Below the pieces are notes generated by a model. That model saw only the letters and a program-made list of their open reading frames with translations. It was not told the DNA's origin and ran no database searches. A stretch of 52,963 nucleotides of DNA, the filler included, from Spirochaetales bacterium (GTDB lineage: Bacteria > Spirochaetota > Spirochaetia > Treponematales > UBA12059): the NCBI GenBank assembly GCA_016928955.1. It is 2 parts of 2 records of this genome, joined end to end, with 100 filler letters (N's around TTAATTAATTAA, not from the genome) between each part and the next. Parts side by side here need not be neighbours in the genome. Positions count along the whole stretch, not along the records: positions 27,962 to 52,963 come from JAFGJV010000045.1; 1 more part is not named here. One strand, given 5' to 3'. The position numbers and the translations under genes are program-made. Below, piece after piece: positions 28,223-38,247 of this stretch (the first letter of the stretch is position 1; the number at the start of each line of letters is the position of its first letter).

Positions 28223-28615
28223 CTAGGCCGCCACGGACAGCAACATACCCGGCGTCGCGCTGGGGCGGCTGTAGGCGCTTGCACCCTCGGCGGGCGCCTG
28301 CAGGGCGGTGTGGAGCTCGCGGCCAAGATGCTGTATAAGGGCGTCCAGTTCGCGCTCCGGGCTCGACCGCGTGGCCAGGCCCTCGTAGGCGCCTCTGTCG
28401 CTTTTGGCCGAGCGCATCCTGGCTATCAGCGTGTCCAGTATCTTGAGCTTGTCCAGACCGTACACCGTGGCCGTGGGGCTGGCCCTGCCGGATACATTGC
28501 GGAAATGCGCGTAGGGCAAGGCCGACGCGGGCACGGGCACGGACACGCGCCCCGAGCTCAGGCTGGCGCCAAACAGGTACGCGTAGGGTATATGGTTCGA
28601 CACGTTCGTTTCCAT
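28223..28615 (-). CDS. Hypothetical protein, resembling a small spirochaete-conserved family
   Basis: GGAG RBS; SVPVP..YAHFRNVSG..KLKILDTLI and a C-terminal GMLLSVAA pattern recalled from Treponema hypotheticals. Confidence 0.65.
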   Translation of the reverse strand: METNVSNHIPYAYLFGASLSSGRVSVPVPASALPYAHFRNVSGRASPTATVYGLDKLKILDTLIARMRSAKSDRGAYEGLATRSSPERELDALIQHLGRELHTALQAPAEGASAYSRPSATPGMLLSVAA

Positions 28616-28641
28616 GGCTACCGCTCCAACATTCTTCTACT

Positions 28642-28738
28642 GGGAGCCTCTAAAAACTGCAGTTTTTAGAGGTCCCCTACACAGAATATCGGCGCGGCGC
28701 GGCTACGCTATAAGGAGATGAGGTTAGTAGAGGTTCCC
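28642..28738. repeat. GGGAGCCTCTAAAAAC-type palindromic repeat, copy 1
   Basis: Hairpin 28642-28677 plus a further TAGAGGTTCCC half-site ending at 28738. Confidence 0.75.
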
Positions 28739-28764
28739 GGATGATTACGGGCCGCCGGGCCCCG

Positions 28765-29745
28765 TTATTTTGCGGATGCCTTGTACAGGCGGTCGTTGAC
28801 GGCCCTGCCCAGGCCAAGCTCCGGAAGGCGCTCGGCCCACAGCTCGTCCCAGTCGCCCAGGTCCAGGCTGTGGAGCGCCTGGAACAGCTCTGCGGCCGCT
28901 TCCACGGCGTCGCCATTGGGCGACAAGTCCACCACGCGGGCAAAGCGGCCAGAGCGTTCGGCCGCCACGGCCGAGTCCCTGCCAAAGCAGATGGCCACCG
29001 CCCTGCCGCGCGGGCGGGCTTCGGGCAGGGCGCCGGAGTCCGTAAGGCGCAGGGGCTTCCGTGGCGCATAATGGCTGGGCAATTGTCCGGGTGCCCGGGG
29101 GCTGGTGGTAGAGCGGTCAAACAGCTCCACCGTTGGAGCCACTTCGCGGATGGCCTCCAGGGACAGGCCGCCCGGCCTGAGCACCAGGGGCGGCTCGGCC
29201 GACAGGTCCAGGACCGTGCTCTCCACGCCCACTGAGCAGGGGCCGCCGTCCACAATATAGTCCACGCGCTCGCCCAGCCAGTCAGCCACGTGCGACGCAC
29301 GCGTGGGGGACAGACGGCCAAAGGGATTGGCACTGGGGGCGGCCACGGGCACGCCTGAAAGGCTGATGATCTTCCTGGCCACGGGATGGGCCGGACAGCG
29401 CACGGCCACCGTGTCCAGGCCGCTGGTGGCCAGATCCGGTACCTCCGGCTTTTTGGGCAGGACCAGGGTGAGGGGACCGGGCCAGAAACGTTCCATAAGC
29501 TCCCTGGCCAGGAAGACCGTGGTGTCGGCCACCTCGCTGGCGCCGGCGGGCTCGGCCACGTGCACGATCAACGGGTCAAAGGCGGGTCGTTCCTTGGCCT
29601 CGAACACGCGGGCCAGGGCGCGGGTATCCCACGCGTTGGCCCCGAGCCCGTACACGGTTTCCGTGGGTATGGCCACCAGGAGGCCGTTTCGTATGGCCCG
29701 GGCCGCCGTTTCCAGGTCGCCCGGGGAGTCGGACAGGAGTATCAT
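28765..29745 (-). CDS. sua5: L-threonylcarbamoyladenylate synthase (Sua5)
   Basis: PTETVYGLGA, KERP..DPLIVH, APSAN, GVESTVLD, APGQLPSHYAP. Confidence 0.96.
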   Translation of the reverse strand: MILLSDSPGDLETAARAIRNGLLVAIPTETVYGLGANAWDTRALARVFEAKERPAFDPLIVHVAEPAGASEVADTTVFLARELMERFWPGPLTLVLPKKPEVPDLATSGLDTVAVRCPAHPVARKIISLSGVPVAAPSANPFGRLSPTRASHVADWLGERVDYIVDGGPCSVGVESTVLDLSAEPPLVLRPGGLSLEAIREVAPTVELFDRSTTSPRAPGQLPSHYAPRKPLRLTDSGALPEARPRGRAVAICFGRDSAVAAERSGRFARVVDLSPNGDAVEAAAELFQALHSLDLGDWDELWAERLPELGLGRAVNDRLYKASAK

Positions 29746-29751
29746 GGCGAT

Positions 29752-30336
29752 CTATGCCTTGGGTTCGGTTGACGACGCGCCCGATATGCCGGCCCAGAGC
29801 GTGCTGGGTTTGGGGGGAGCCGTATACGACGCGGGGCCTGAGCGCTCAAGCTCGGCCGCCTTGGCCAGGACCTCGGCTTCCATGGACGCGCGCAGGCGCT
29901 CCAGGGCTTCTGCCACCGGTCCGCCCGAACAGCCCAGAACGCGCGCCGCCAGGAGGCCCGCGTTGCGCCCGCCGTCCACGGCCACCGTGGCCACGGGCAC
30001 GCCGCCAGGCATCTGCACTATGGACAGGAGTGAATCCAGCCCGTCCAGGGTCTTGGAACGGACGGGCACGCCTATGACCGGCAGGTCGGTCAGGGCGGCC
30101 ACCATGCCCGGCAGGTGGGCGGCGCCACCAGCCCCGGCTATGATCACTCGGAGGCCCCGGGCACGGGCGTTCCTTGAGTACTCGTACATGCGCTCCGGCG
30201 TGCGGTGAGCGGACACGATCGTCATCTCCCAGGCCACGCCCAGCTCGTCCAGGGCGTCGGCCGCTGGCTTGAGGGCGGGCAGGTCCGAGTCGCTGCCCAT
30301 GATGATGCCCACCAGGGGCTGGTTCTGCTTGTCCAT
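29752..30336 (-). CDS. purE: N5-CAIR mutase
   Basis: [45 protein letters not shown]. Confidence 0.97.
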   Translation of the reverse strand: MDKQNQPLVGIIMGSDSDLPALKPAADALDELGVAWEMTIVSAHRTPERMYEYSRNARARGLRVIIAGAGGAAHLPGMVAALTDLPVIGVPVRSKTLDGLDSLLSIVQMPGGVPVATVAVDGGRNAGLLAARVLGCSGGPVAEALERLRASMEAEVLAKAAELERSGPASYTAPPKPSTLWAGISGASSTEPKA

Positions 30337-30459
30337 GCGCCCTCCAGTATACGGCCTCTGGGCCGGCTTGGGCAATGACGCCCCTTGACCCTGCATGCCG
30401 GCCCGCGCGATACTGGCGCCCAAGCCCGCAGGGCTTCCCGCCGTAGGCGGGAACTCACG

Positions 30460-30597
30460 CGGACGGGTGACCCGGGACGGCCATGATCGGCCGACATGCC
30501 CGGGCAAGAGGGGGAATCCGGTGAAATGCCGGAGCTAGCCCGTAACTGTATGCGAGCGGCGCGTGCCGATCGCGAGCCAGGATACCCTGCCCGTCCG
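30460..30597 (+). ncRNA. Cobalamin riboswitch (short form)
   Basis: P1 CGGACGGG/CCCGTCCG; GGGAATCCGGTGAAATGCCGGAGCTAGCCCGTAACTGTA core; GAGCCAGGA B12 box; upstream of btu/cob genes. Confidence 0.92.
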
Positions 30598-30745
30598 ACC
30601 AACAGCTCCGGAACGCTTCGTGGTACAGGCGTCGGGGGCAAGCCGCGTTTCCGCGCGGCTCGTCATCCGCTTCCCACCAGAATCGTTCCTCCGCGGCCGC
30701 CACGGGCGGCCGGTCCCGCACAGTCGGGACGGAAGGGGAACATCC

Positions 30746-31636
30746 ATGAAAAAGACAATAGCGCTCGTGCTGGCGCTCGCCGCCGGCGTGGCAGCCTTCG
30801 GGCAGGCCGTGTCGTTCACCGACGCGCGCGGCCAGGACATCCAGCTGGCCAGACCGGCTTTGCGGGTGGTGTCGCTGTCGCCCGCGCTGACGGAGATACT
30901 CTACGCCGCCGGGGCGGGACCGGCCATGGTGGCCGTGACCAGCTACTGCAACTATCCGGCCGCCGCGGACAAACTGCCGGAAATAGGCGGCTTCTCGCCC
31001 AACACCGTCAACCTTGAGGCCATCGTTGCCCTCCAGCCGGACCTGGTGGTGGGCGAAGTGGCCGCGCACGGCCGCCTGGCCGAGGGTTTTGCGGCCGCCG
31101 GGCTCCGCTTTGCCGCCTTTGACCTGACCGATTTCCAGGACGTATACGACGCCATAGGCACCCTGGGCCGCGCAGCCGGGAACAAGAAGACCGCCGATGC
31201 CCTGGTCAAGGACATGAAGGCCCGCGTCGCCATTATAGAGAAGAAACTGGCCACCGTGTCCGCCGACAAACGCCCCTCCGTGTTCTACGAGGTGTGGGAC
31301 GAGCCTCTGATGACCGCCGGCCCCAAGACCTTCATAGGCATGGTGCTGGCCGCCGGCGGCGCCCGCAACATCTTTGAGGACGTGGCCGAGGACTGGCCCA
31401 TGATCAGCTTTGAGGCCATCGTCACCCGCCAGCCTGACCTGATAGTGGCGTCCAACACCCACGGCGAGGCCCTGAGCGCCGACAAGCTGGCCGCCCGTCC
31501 CGGCTGGTCCACCCTGGCGGCCGTGCGCGAGCGTCGCATCGTGCTCCTGGACGGCGACATCGTGTCGCGCCCCGGCCCGCGCTTTGTGGACGCCATCGAG
31601 CTGGTGGCCAAGGCTTTGTACCCGGACCTGTTCTGA
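30746..31636 (+). CDS. btuF: Cobalamin ABC transporter substrate-binding protein
   Basis: Signal peptide, RVVSLSPALTEIL, CNYP, SRPGPR; riboswitch context. Confidence 0.88.
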   Translation: MKKTIALVLALAAGVAAFGQAVSFTDARGQDIQLARPALRVVSLSPALTEILYAAGAGPAMVAVTSYCNYPAAADKLPEIGGFSPNTVNLEAIVALQPDLVVGEVAAHGRLAEGFAAAGLRFAAFDLTDFQDVYDAIGTLGRAAGNKKTADALVKDMKARVAIIEKKLATVSADKRPSVFYEVWDEPLMTAGPKTFIGMVLAAGGARNIFEDVAEDWPMISFEAIVTRQPDLIVASNTHGEALSADKLAARPGWSTLAAVRERRIVLLDGDIVSRPGPRFVDAIELVAKALYPDLF

Positions 31637-32667
31637 TGACCTTTGCGTCGGCCAGGTTCCGGAAGGCGCCGGCCATACTGGCCCTGGGCGCGGTCGCCGC
31701 GGTAGCCTTTGTCCTGTCCGTGGGCATGGGCGCGGTGGCCTTGAGCCCTCTTGCCGTCCTCCGCTCCCTGGCCGGCCTGATCCTGGGCCGGGAAGCCGGT
31801 CCCGAGCAGATCATCGTTGGCCTCAGGCTGACGCGCGCCCTCCTGGCGGCGGCCGTGGGCGCGTCCCTGGCAAGCTCGGGCGCCGTGCTCCAGGGTCTGT
31901 TCCGCAATCCTTTGGCCGACCCGTTCGTGATAGGCAGTTCCAGCGGCGCGTCCCTGGGCGCCGTCCTGGCCATGACCCTTGGCCTGGGCTCGGGCGCCTT
32001 TGGCTTTACGGCCATAGGAGGGGCGGCCTTCCTTGGCGGCCTGGGGGCCAGCGTCCTGGTGTACGCCATGGCCGGCTCGTCCCGGATACGCTCGGACGCG
32101 GCCAGCCTCCTGTTGGCCGGCTCGGTGCTGAGCTCGCTCCTGTCCGCCTGCGTGTCCATGCTCCTGGCCATCAAGGACAAGGACCTGCACCAGGTGTGGT
32201 TCTGGCTCCTGGGCGGCTTCTCCGGACGTGGCCTGCCCCAGCTGGCGGCCGCCGCTCCGGCCATGATCGTGGGCTTTCTGGCGGCCGTGGGTTCAGGCAG
32301 GGTCCTGGACGTGCTGTCCGCGGGCGACGACGAGGCCGCAAGCCTGGGCCTGTCGCCCGTCAAGGCCCGGCTGGTTGTCGGGGCCTTTGCCGCCCTGTCC
32401 GTGTCCGCCGCCGTGTCAGTTGCCGGCTCCATAGGCTTTGTGGGCCTGGTGTCGCCCCATATAGCCAGGCGCTTTGTGGGGCCTTCCCACGGCGCACTGA
32501 TACCAGCGTCAGCCCTGGTCGGCGCCGCCATGCTCACGCTGGCGGACACCGCGGCCCGCTCCTTTTTTGCTCCCATAGAAATGCCCGTGGGCGCTCTGAC
32601 CGCCTTCATAGGCGCTCCGTTCTTCCTGTACAAGCTGGCCCGCCGCGGGCTGGAGGCCACCCGATGA
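31636..32667 (+). CDS. btuC: Cobalamin ABC permease (FecCD/BtuC)
   Basis: LFRNPLADP, GSIGFVGLVSPH, IGAPFF. Confidence 0.88.
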   Translation: MTFASARFRKAPAILALGAVAAVAFVLSVGMGAVALSPLAVLRSLAGLILGREAGPEQIIVGLRLTRALLAAAVGASLASSGAVLQGLFRNPLADPFVIGSSSGASLGAVLAMTLGLGSGAFGFTAIGGAAFLGGLGASVLVYAMAGSSRIRSDAASLLLAGSVLSSLLSACVSMLLAIKDKDLHQVWFWLLGGFSGRGLPQLAAAAPAMIVGFLAAVGSGRVLDVLSAGDDEAASLGLSPVKARLVVGAFAALSVSAAVSVAGSIGFVGLVSPHIARRFVGPSHGALIPASALVGAAMLTLADTAARSFFAPIEMPVGALTAFIGAPFFLYKLARRGLEATR

Positions 32668-33512
32668 GCGGAACCGACCCTAGCCCGCCGGGCGTACCCT
32701 TGCTGGAAGCATCCGGTCTCGACGCCGGCTACAAAACGGGCGGCTCGGGCGCCCGCGTGGTGGTGGGCAACGTGAATTTTGCCGTGGGTCAGGGAGACCG
32801 GGTGGCCGTGCTCGGCGCCAACGGCTCGGGCAAAACCACCCTCCTTAAAACCTGCGTGGGCCTCATACCGGCGCTCGGCGGCGTGAGCTTGCTCGGCGGC
32901 CATCCCGTTGGCCGCCTGCATCCCCGCCAGAGGGCGCGCATGGTTGCCTGGGTACCGCAGATATCTGAGTCGGCCTGGCCGTTCACCGTGCGCGAGCTGG
33001 TGGCCCAGGGCCGCTACGCCGCGCGTGGGCCGTTTTCCGCGTACACGGGCGAGGACAAGGACGCGGTCAACGCGGCCATCGAGCGGCTGGAGCTGGAAGA
33101 GTTGGCGGACAGGCCCTTCCGCCAGCTGTCCGGCGGCGAGGCCAGGCGGGTGCTCATTGCCCGGGCCGTGGCCCAGGACACGCCCCTGGTAGCCCTGGAC
33201 GAGCCTGCCGCCCACCTGGACCCCGGCAGGCAGATGGAACTGCTCGAACTGCTGGCGGAGCTGGCGGCCGAGGGCAAGGCCATAGTCGTCAGCCTACATG
33301 ACATCAACGCGGCCAGGCGCTTTGCCGCGTCCGTCCTCCTCATAGACCGGAGCGGCCGCGCGCATTTTGGGCCGCCAGAGGACTCGCTCCGCCCCGAGCG
33401 CCTGGAAGACGCGTACGACACCGAATTCCTCCACGGCCACCACGAGGGCTACGGCCGCTTTGTCCTGCCCCTGGCCCGCAAGCGCAAGGGCGCCCCCGGT
33501 TCCCTGCGCTGA
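32664..33512 (+). CDS. btuD: Cobalamin ABC ATPase
   Basis: GANGSGKT, LSGGE, LDEP, SLHD. Confidence 0.88.
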   Translation: MSGTDPSPPGVPLLEASGLDAGYKTGGSGARVVVGNVNFAVGQGDRVAVLGANGSGKTTLLKTCVGLIPALGGVSLLGGHPVGRLHPRQRARMVAWVPQISESAWPFTVRELVAQGRYAARGPFSAYTGEDKDAVNAAIERLELEELADRPFRQLSGGEARRVLIARAVAQDTPLVALDEPAAHLDPGRQMELLELLAELAAEGKAIVVSLHDINAARRFAASVLLIDRSGRAHFGPPEDSLRPERLEDAYDTEFLHGHHEGYGRFVLPLARKRKGAPGSLR

Positions 33513-33548
33513 AGGCCGCGCGCACGCCTACCTGAAAGGATCACCCGC

Positions 33549-34637
33549 ATGAGCGACACGATACTGGCGGACATGACCGCCCTTCTGGACGACCTGACCA
33601 AACCCAAGGGAAGCCTGGGCAAGCTGGAAGACTATGCCCTGCGCATGGCGGGCATACAGGGCCGCGTCCCTCCCCGCGCCGACCGCAGGGCCGTGTTCGT
33701 CCTGGCCGGCGACCATGGCGTGACCGACGAGGGCGTGTCGCTATATCCGCGCGACGTGACAGCCCAGATGATGGCCAATTTCATGGCCGGCGGGGCGGCC
33801 GTCAACGTGTTCGCGCGGGCCTGCGGCTTTGACGTATACGCCGTGGACGCAGGCGTGGCCACCGACCTGCCCGCCTGGCCGGCCCTGGACCCTGAGCGCT
33901 CCGCGCCCCAGGAGTCCGGCGGAAGCCCCGGCTTTTTCGGCCTGAAGGCCATGCGCGGCTCGGCCAACTTTGCCAGGGGGCCGGCCATGACTGACCGGCA
34001 GTTTGCCACCTGCCTGGAGAACGGCCGCCGGCTTGCCCTCTTTGCCTCCCGCTCGGGCTACGAGCTGGTGGCCGTGGGCGACATGGGCATAGGCAACACC
34101 ACCAGCGCCGCGGCCCTGCTCTCCGCCCTGGGCTTTTGCCCGGACGACATGGTGGACCGGGGCACGGGCATAGACGACGCGACGCTCGAGCGCAAGCGCC
34201 TGGTCATTGCCGGCGCCCTTGACGCCCTGGGACCCTTCCCCGCGGGCCCCGGCGGAGCGGCCAGGGCCGGAGCGGCGTTCTGCGGGCCGGAACTGGCAAC
34301 GGCAGCCGGGCTCATGCTCGGCCTGGCCGACGCCCGCGTTGCCTGCGTGCTTGACGGCTTTCCCATAACGGCCGCGGCCGCGCTGGCCTGCCGGCTGAAC
34401 CCTGACGCGGCGGCCTGCATGTTCGCCGGCCACCAGTCTAGGGTGCGCGGCCACAGGCCGGTGCTGGACGCCTTGGGCCTGGATCCCATCGTGTCCCTGG
34501 ACATGCGCCTGGGCGAGGGCACGGGCGCCGTGCTTGGCGGCTTTGTGGTCGGCCTGGCCTGCCGCGTGCCCGCAGAGATGGCCCGCTTTTCCCAGCTGAC
34601 CGTGTCCAAGGCCCCTTCCGACGAGGTGGATTACTGA
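33549..34637 (+). CDS. cobT: Nicotinate-nucleotide-dimethylbenzimidazole phosphoribosyltransferase
   Basis: LTKPKGSLGKLE, GDHGV, MGIGNTT, MRLGEGTGA. Confidence 0.95.
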   Translation: MSDTILADMTALLDDLTKPKGSLGKLEDYALRMAGIQGRVPPRADRRAVFVLAGDHGVTDEGVSLYPRDVTAQMMANFMAGGAAVNVFARACGFDVYAVDAGVATDLPAWPALDPERSAPQESGGSPGFFGLKAMRGSANFARGPAMTDRQFATCLENGRRLALFASRSGYELVAVGDMGIGNTTSAAALLSALGFCPDDMVDRGTGIDDATLERKRLVIAGALDALGPFPAGPGGAARAGAAFCGPELATAAGLMLGLADARVACVLDGFPITAAAALACRLNPDAAACMFAGHQSRVRGHRPVLDALGLDPIVSLDMRLGEGTGAVLGGFVVGLACRVPAEMARFSQLTVSKAPSDEVDY

Positions 34638-34638
34638 C

Positions 34639-37227
34639 ATGCCGCGAACGCACGGCGGCAACCTGCGCGCCCTGTCACAGGCCAGCGGGCTTCCGGAAAG
34701 CCGCCTGATAGACGCCAGCGCCAACCTCAATCCCCTGGGGCCGCCGCCCTGGCTGGACGCGGCCTTTCTCAAGGGCCGGCTGGCGTCCGGAGCCTATCCC
34801 TCGCCCGGCGGCCTGTCCGCGCGGCAAGCGGCAGCCACCGCCCTTGGGCTCCCGCCGGAACGCGTCGTGTTCGGCAACGGGGCTGACGACCTGGCCTTTG
34901 CCCTGGCCCGCGTCCTTGGCGGCCGCGAGCACATCGTGGCCGAGCCGGCGTATTCGAGCTACCGCGACGCGGTAGGCGCCGCCGGCGGACGGGCCGTGGG
35001 CGCGCGGGGCTTTGACGGGGCCAAGGCCGCGCTGGCGGACAGAGCGGACGCCGTGGTATGGCTGGGCGCCCCGAACAACCCTGACGGCACCCTGCCGGAG
35101 GGCTACCCGGACAGCGTGGCCGATCTTGCGGCCGCGTACCCAGCCGCGGCCTTTGTGGTGGACGAGTCGTTCATAGATTTTGCAGACGGCGTTGACCCCG
35201 CCCACAGTCTGTCGGCGCTGTCCGCCCTGGACAACGTGACCGTGCTCAGGTCCATGACCAAATTCTGGTGCGTGCCCGGCCTGCGCGTGGGCTACGCCGT
35301 ATGCTCGGATAAGCTCGCGCGCGCGCTATCGGACACCATGCCCAACTGGCCGCTCAACTCAGTGGCCCAGGCCTTTGCCGAGCTTGCCTTTGCCGACAAG
35401 GACGCGGGCGGGCGCCGTGACCGCACCCGCGCCCTGGTATCCTCCGAGCGGCGCGCAATGGCGGAAACTCTGTCGCGCGTGCCGGGGCTGCGGGTTTTCC
35501 CGTCACGCGCCAATTTTTACCTGGTACGCGTGGACCCCGGGGCTGCCGGTTTGCGGGCGCCCCCCCTGATTGAGCGGGCGGCCTCCCTTGGCCTTGGGCT
35601 CCGCCCCTGCGCCGACTTCCCCGGCCTGGGCGGCGACTATATCCGGGTGGCGGTACGCCCGCCGGAAGAGAACAAGCGCATAGCCGATATTCTGGCCGCC
35701 GTGTGTTCGGACGCCCGGGCAGGGCGCGCGGCGCCCGCGCTGGCCAAACCCAAACGCGCCAAGGCACTCATGGTGGCCGGCACATCCTCAGGGGCGGGCA
35801 AAAGCCTGATCGCGGCCGCCCTGTGCAGGATATTCTCGGACGACGGTCTGGATGTGGCCCCGTACAAGGCCCAGAATATGGCGCTGAACTCGGCGGTAAC
35901 CCGCGACGGGCTGGAAATGGGCCGGGCCCAGGCCGTCCAGGCGGCGGCCTCCCGGCTGGAACCCGACGTGCGCATGAATCCCGTCCTCCTCAAGCCGGAG
36001 AGCGAACGCGGTTCCCAGGTGGTGGTGATGGGCCGCTCCCTGGGCAGCATGGACGCCCGCTCGTATTACGCCCGGCGGCAGCGCAGCCTGGAGGCTGCGC
36101 GCTCAGCGTACGACTCCTTGGCGGCCGAGCACCAGCTCGTGGTCATGGAAGGAGCCGGCAGTCCCGCCGAGATCAACCTGCGCGACCTGGATATCGTCAA
36201 CATGTCGGCCGCGCTCCACGCGGGCGCCCGCGTCCTCATCGTGGGCGACATAGACCAAGGCGGGGTGTTCGCGTCGTTCATAGGCCACGCCTTCTGCCTG
36301 AGGTCTGACGAACTGGCCCTGGTGTCCGGCTTTGTGGTCAACAAATTCCGGGGCGACCCTGCCCTGCTTGGCGACGCGTTTGCCATGACCGAGGAACGGA
36401 CGGGCATCCCCGTGCTCGGCTGCGTGCCCATGCTCCGCGGCCTGGACATACCGGAGGAGGACGAGCCCTGGTTCCGGGCCGCCGGCCGCCCGGCCGCTCC
36501 CCTCAAGATAGCGGTGGTCGCCCTGCCCCACGGATCCAACCTCACCGACCTGGACCCCTTTGGGGCGGACCACGACGTGGAACTGGTGCCCGTTCACGGG
36601 GGCGCGGACCTGGAGTCCAGGGCCTGGGACGCGATCATCCTTCCCGGCAGCAAGTCCACCGTGGCCGACCTGGCCTGGCTCAGGGAACGGGGCCTGGCGG
36701 ACGCCATAGTCGCGTACGGCGGCCGGGGCGGGAGCGTGGTGGGTATCTGCGGAGGCTTCCAGATGCTCGGCGCCCGCCTTGACGACCCCGACGGTGTGGA
36801 TTCCAAGCCCCAGAGCGTGGACGGACTCGGCCTCTTGCCCGTGGCCACAGAGTTTGCCAAGGACAAAATACTCAGGCAGGGCCAGGCCCTGTGGCTGGCG
36901 GATGGCGACGCCCTCCCCCTGGCCGGCTATGAAATACACCACGGCCGCACCCGCGCCCTGGACTCAAGCGCCGCGCCCGTCATGGCATCGGCGGACGGAA
37001 CCACCCTGGGCTACCGGACCGGGCGCGTGTGGGGCTCCTATCTCCACGGCCTGTTCGACCATGACCTCTTCCGCGCCCGTTTCCTGAACGGCCTGCGCGC
37101 GGCCCGCGGCCTGCCTGAGCGGCCCGCTTCCGTATACAAAAGCCTGGACGAGCGCATACAGGCCCTGGCTGACGCCGTCAGGCCTCACCTTGACCTGGGC
37201 GCCATCCGCAAGGACCTTGGCCTGTGA
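34639..37227 (+). CDS. cobQ: Fused threonine-phosphate decarboxylase (CobD) and cobyric acid synthase (CobQ/CbiP)
   Basis: HGGN, SANLNPLG, PNNP, RSMTK then GTSSGAGKS, KAQNM, EGAGSPAE, GICGGFQML, YLHG, all in one ORF. Confidence 0.93.
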   Translation: MPRTHGGNLRALSQASGLPESRLIDASANLNPLGPPPWLDAAFLKGRLASGAYPSPGGLSARQAAATALGLPPERVVFGNGADDLAFALARVLGGREHIVAEPAYSSYRDAVGAAGGRAVGARGFDGAKAALADRADAVVWLGAPNNPDGTLPEGYPDSVADLAAAYPAAAFVVDESFIDFADGVDPAHSLSALSALDNVTVLRSMTKFWCVPGLRVGYAVCSDKLARALSDTMPNWPLNSVAQAFAELAFADKDAGGRRDRTRALVSSERRAMAETLSRVPGLRVFPSRANFYLVRVDPGAAGLRAPPLIERAASLGLGLRPCADFPGLGGDYIRVAVRPPEENKRIADILAAVCSDARAGRAAPALAKPKRAKALMVAGTSSGAGKSLIAAALCRIFSDDGLDVAPYKAQNMALNSAVTRDGLEMGRAQAVQAAASRLEPDVRMNPVLLKPESERGSQVVVMGRSLGSMDARSYYARRQRSLEAARSAYDSLAAEHQLVVMEGAGSPAEINLRDLDIVNMSAALHAGARVLIVGDIDQGGVFASFIGHAFCLRSDELALVSGFVVNKFRGDPALLGDAFAMTEERTGIPVLGCVPMLRGLDIPEEDEPWFRAAGRPAAPLKIAVVALPHGSNLTDLDPFGADHDVELVPVHGGADLESRAWDAIILPGSKSTVADLAWLRERGLADAIVAYGGRGGSVVGICGGFQMLGARLDDPDGVDSKPQSVDGLGLLPVATEFAKDKILRQGQALWLADGDALPLAGYEIHHGRTRALDSSAAPVMASADGTTLGYRTGRVWGSYLHGLFDHDLFRARFLNGLRAARGLPERPASVYKSLDERIQALADAVRPHLDLGAIRKDLGL

Positions 37228-38222
37228 ACGGCCTTGCCGCCGGATCGGCGCCCGCGTTTGTCCTGAGCCTGGCGGCCGGCCTGGTTTTGGACCTGGCCCT
37301 TGGCGACCCGCCGGTCCGCTGGCACCCGGTCAGGCTGGTCGGGGCGCTGGCAGCTCGGACGGAAACGGCCGCGCGTGGCCTGAGTAAGGGGCGGGCAGAG
37401 CGGACGGCCGGGGCCCTGGCCTGGGCGGCCGTCATGGCGGTCTGCGTGGGGCTGGCGCTAGCTGCGTCTTGCCTGGCCTGGGCCGCCCACCCGTGGGCGG
37501 GCGTGGCCGCGGACGCCCTGCTGTTGTGGGCGTCCATGGCGCCCACCGACCTGTCCAGGCACGCTTCCCGCGTACAGAGAGCCCTGCTGTCGGCCGGTCC
37601 CCTCGACGAGCCGGCGGCCGCGCGGGAAGCAGTTTCCATGATGGTTGGTCGCGACGTGTCCCGGGCCAGCCGGGTGGACATAAGCCGCGCGTGCGTGGAA
37701 AGCGTGGCTGAAAGCTCGGTTGACGGGGTATGCGCGCCCGTTTTCTGGGGCGCCCTGCTCGGGCCCTGGGCCGCCTGTGCCTACCGCGCCGTCAACACCA
37801 TGGACAGCATGTTCGGCCACAAGGACCAGCGCTACCTGAGATTCGGCACGGTGGCCGCACGGGCGGACGACGCGGCCAATTTCCTGCCCGCCCGCCTGTC
37901 CGGGCCGCTGATAGCCTTGTGCGCGCCCGTTGCGGGCGGGTCTGTCACGGCTTCCCTGAACAGCCTCCGTCGCCACCGGCTTGAACACGCCAGTCCCAAC
38001 GCCGGCCATCCTGAGTCCGCGTACGCCGGCGCCCTGGGCGTGCGCCTTGGCGGGCCGGTAACGTACGCGGAAGGCAGGGCCGAGCGCCCGTGGATATATC
38101 CCGGCGGACGCGAACCCGGGGCCGTGGATATCGCTCGGGCCCGGCGGCTCCTGTGGGCCCAGACCCTTGCCTGGTGCTGCCTGTGCGCCGCCGCGAGGTG
38201 TATGGTGTCCGTTCTTGCGTGA
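37224..38222 (+). CDS. cbiB: Adenosylcobinamide-phosphate synthase
   Basis: GDP..WHPV, VGRD, ESVAE..DG, YRAVNTMDSMFG, SPNAG. Confidence 0.93.
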   Translation: MNGLAAGSAPAFVLSLAAGLVLDLALGDPPVRWHPVRLVGALAARTETAARGLSKGRAERTAGALAWAAVMAVCVGLALAASCLAWAAHPWAGVAADALLLWASMAPTDLSRHASRVQRALLSAGPLDEPAAAREAVSMMVGRDVSRASRVDISRACVESVAESSVDGVCAPVFWGALLGPWAACAYRAVNTMDSMFGHKDQRYLRFGTVAARADDAANFLPARLSGPLIALCAPVAGGSVTASLNSLRRHRLEHASPNAGHPESAYAGALGVRLGGPVTYAEGRAERPWIYPGGREPGAVDIARARRLLWAQTLAWCCLCAAARCMVSVLA

Positions 38223-38247
38223 TTCGTAGGAGTAAGGCCGCGGCCGC

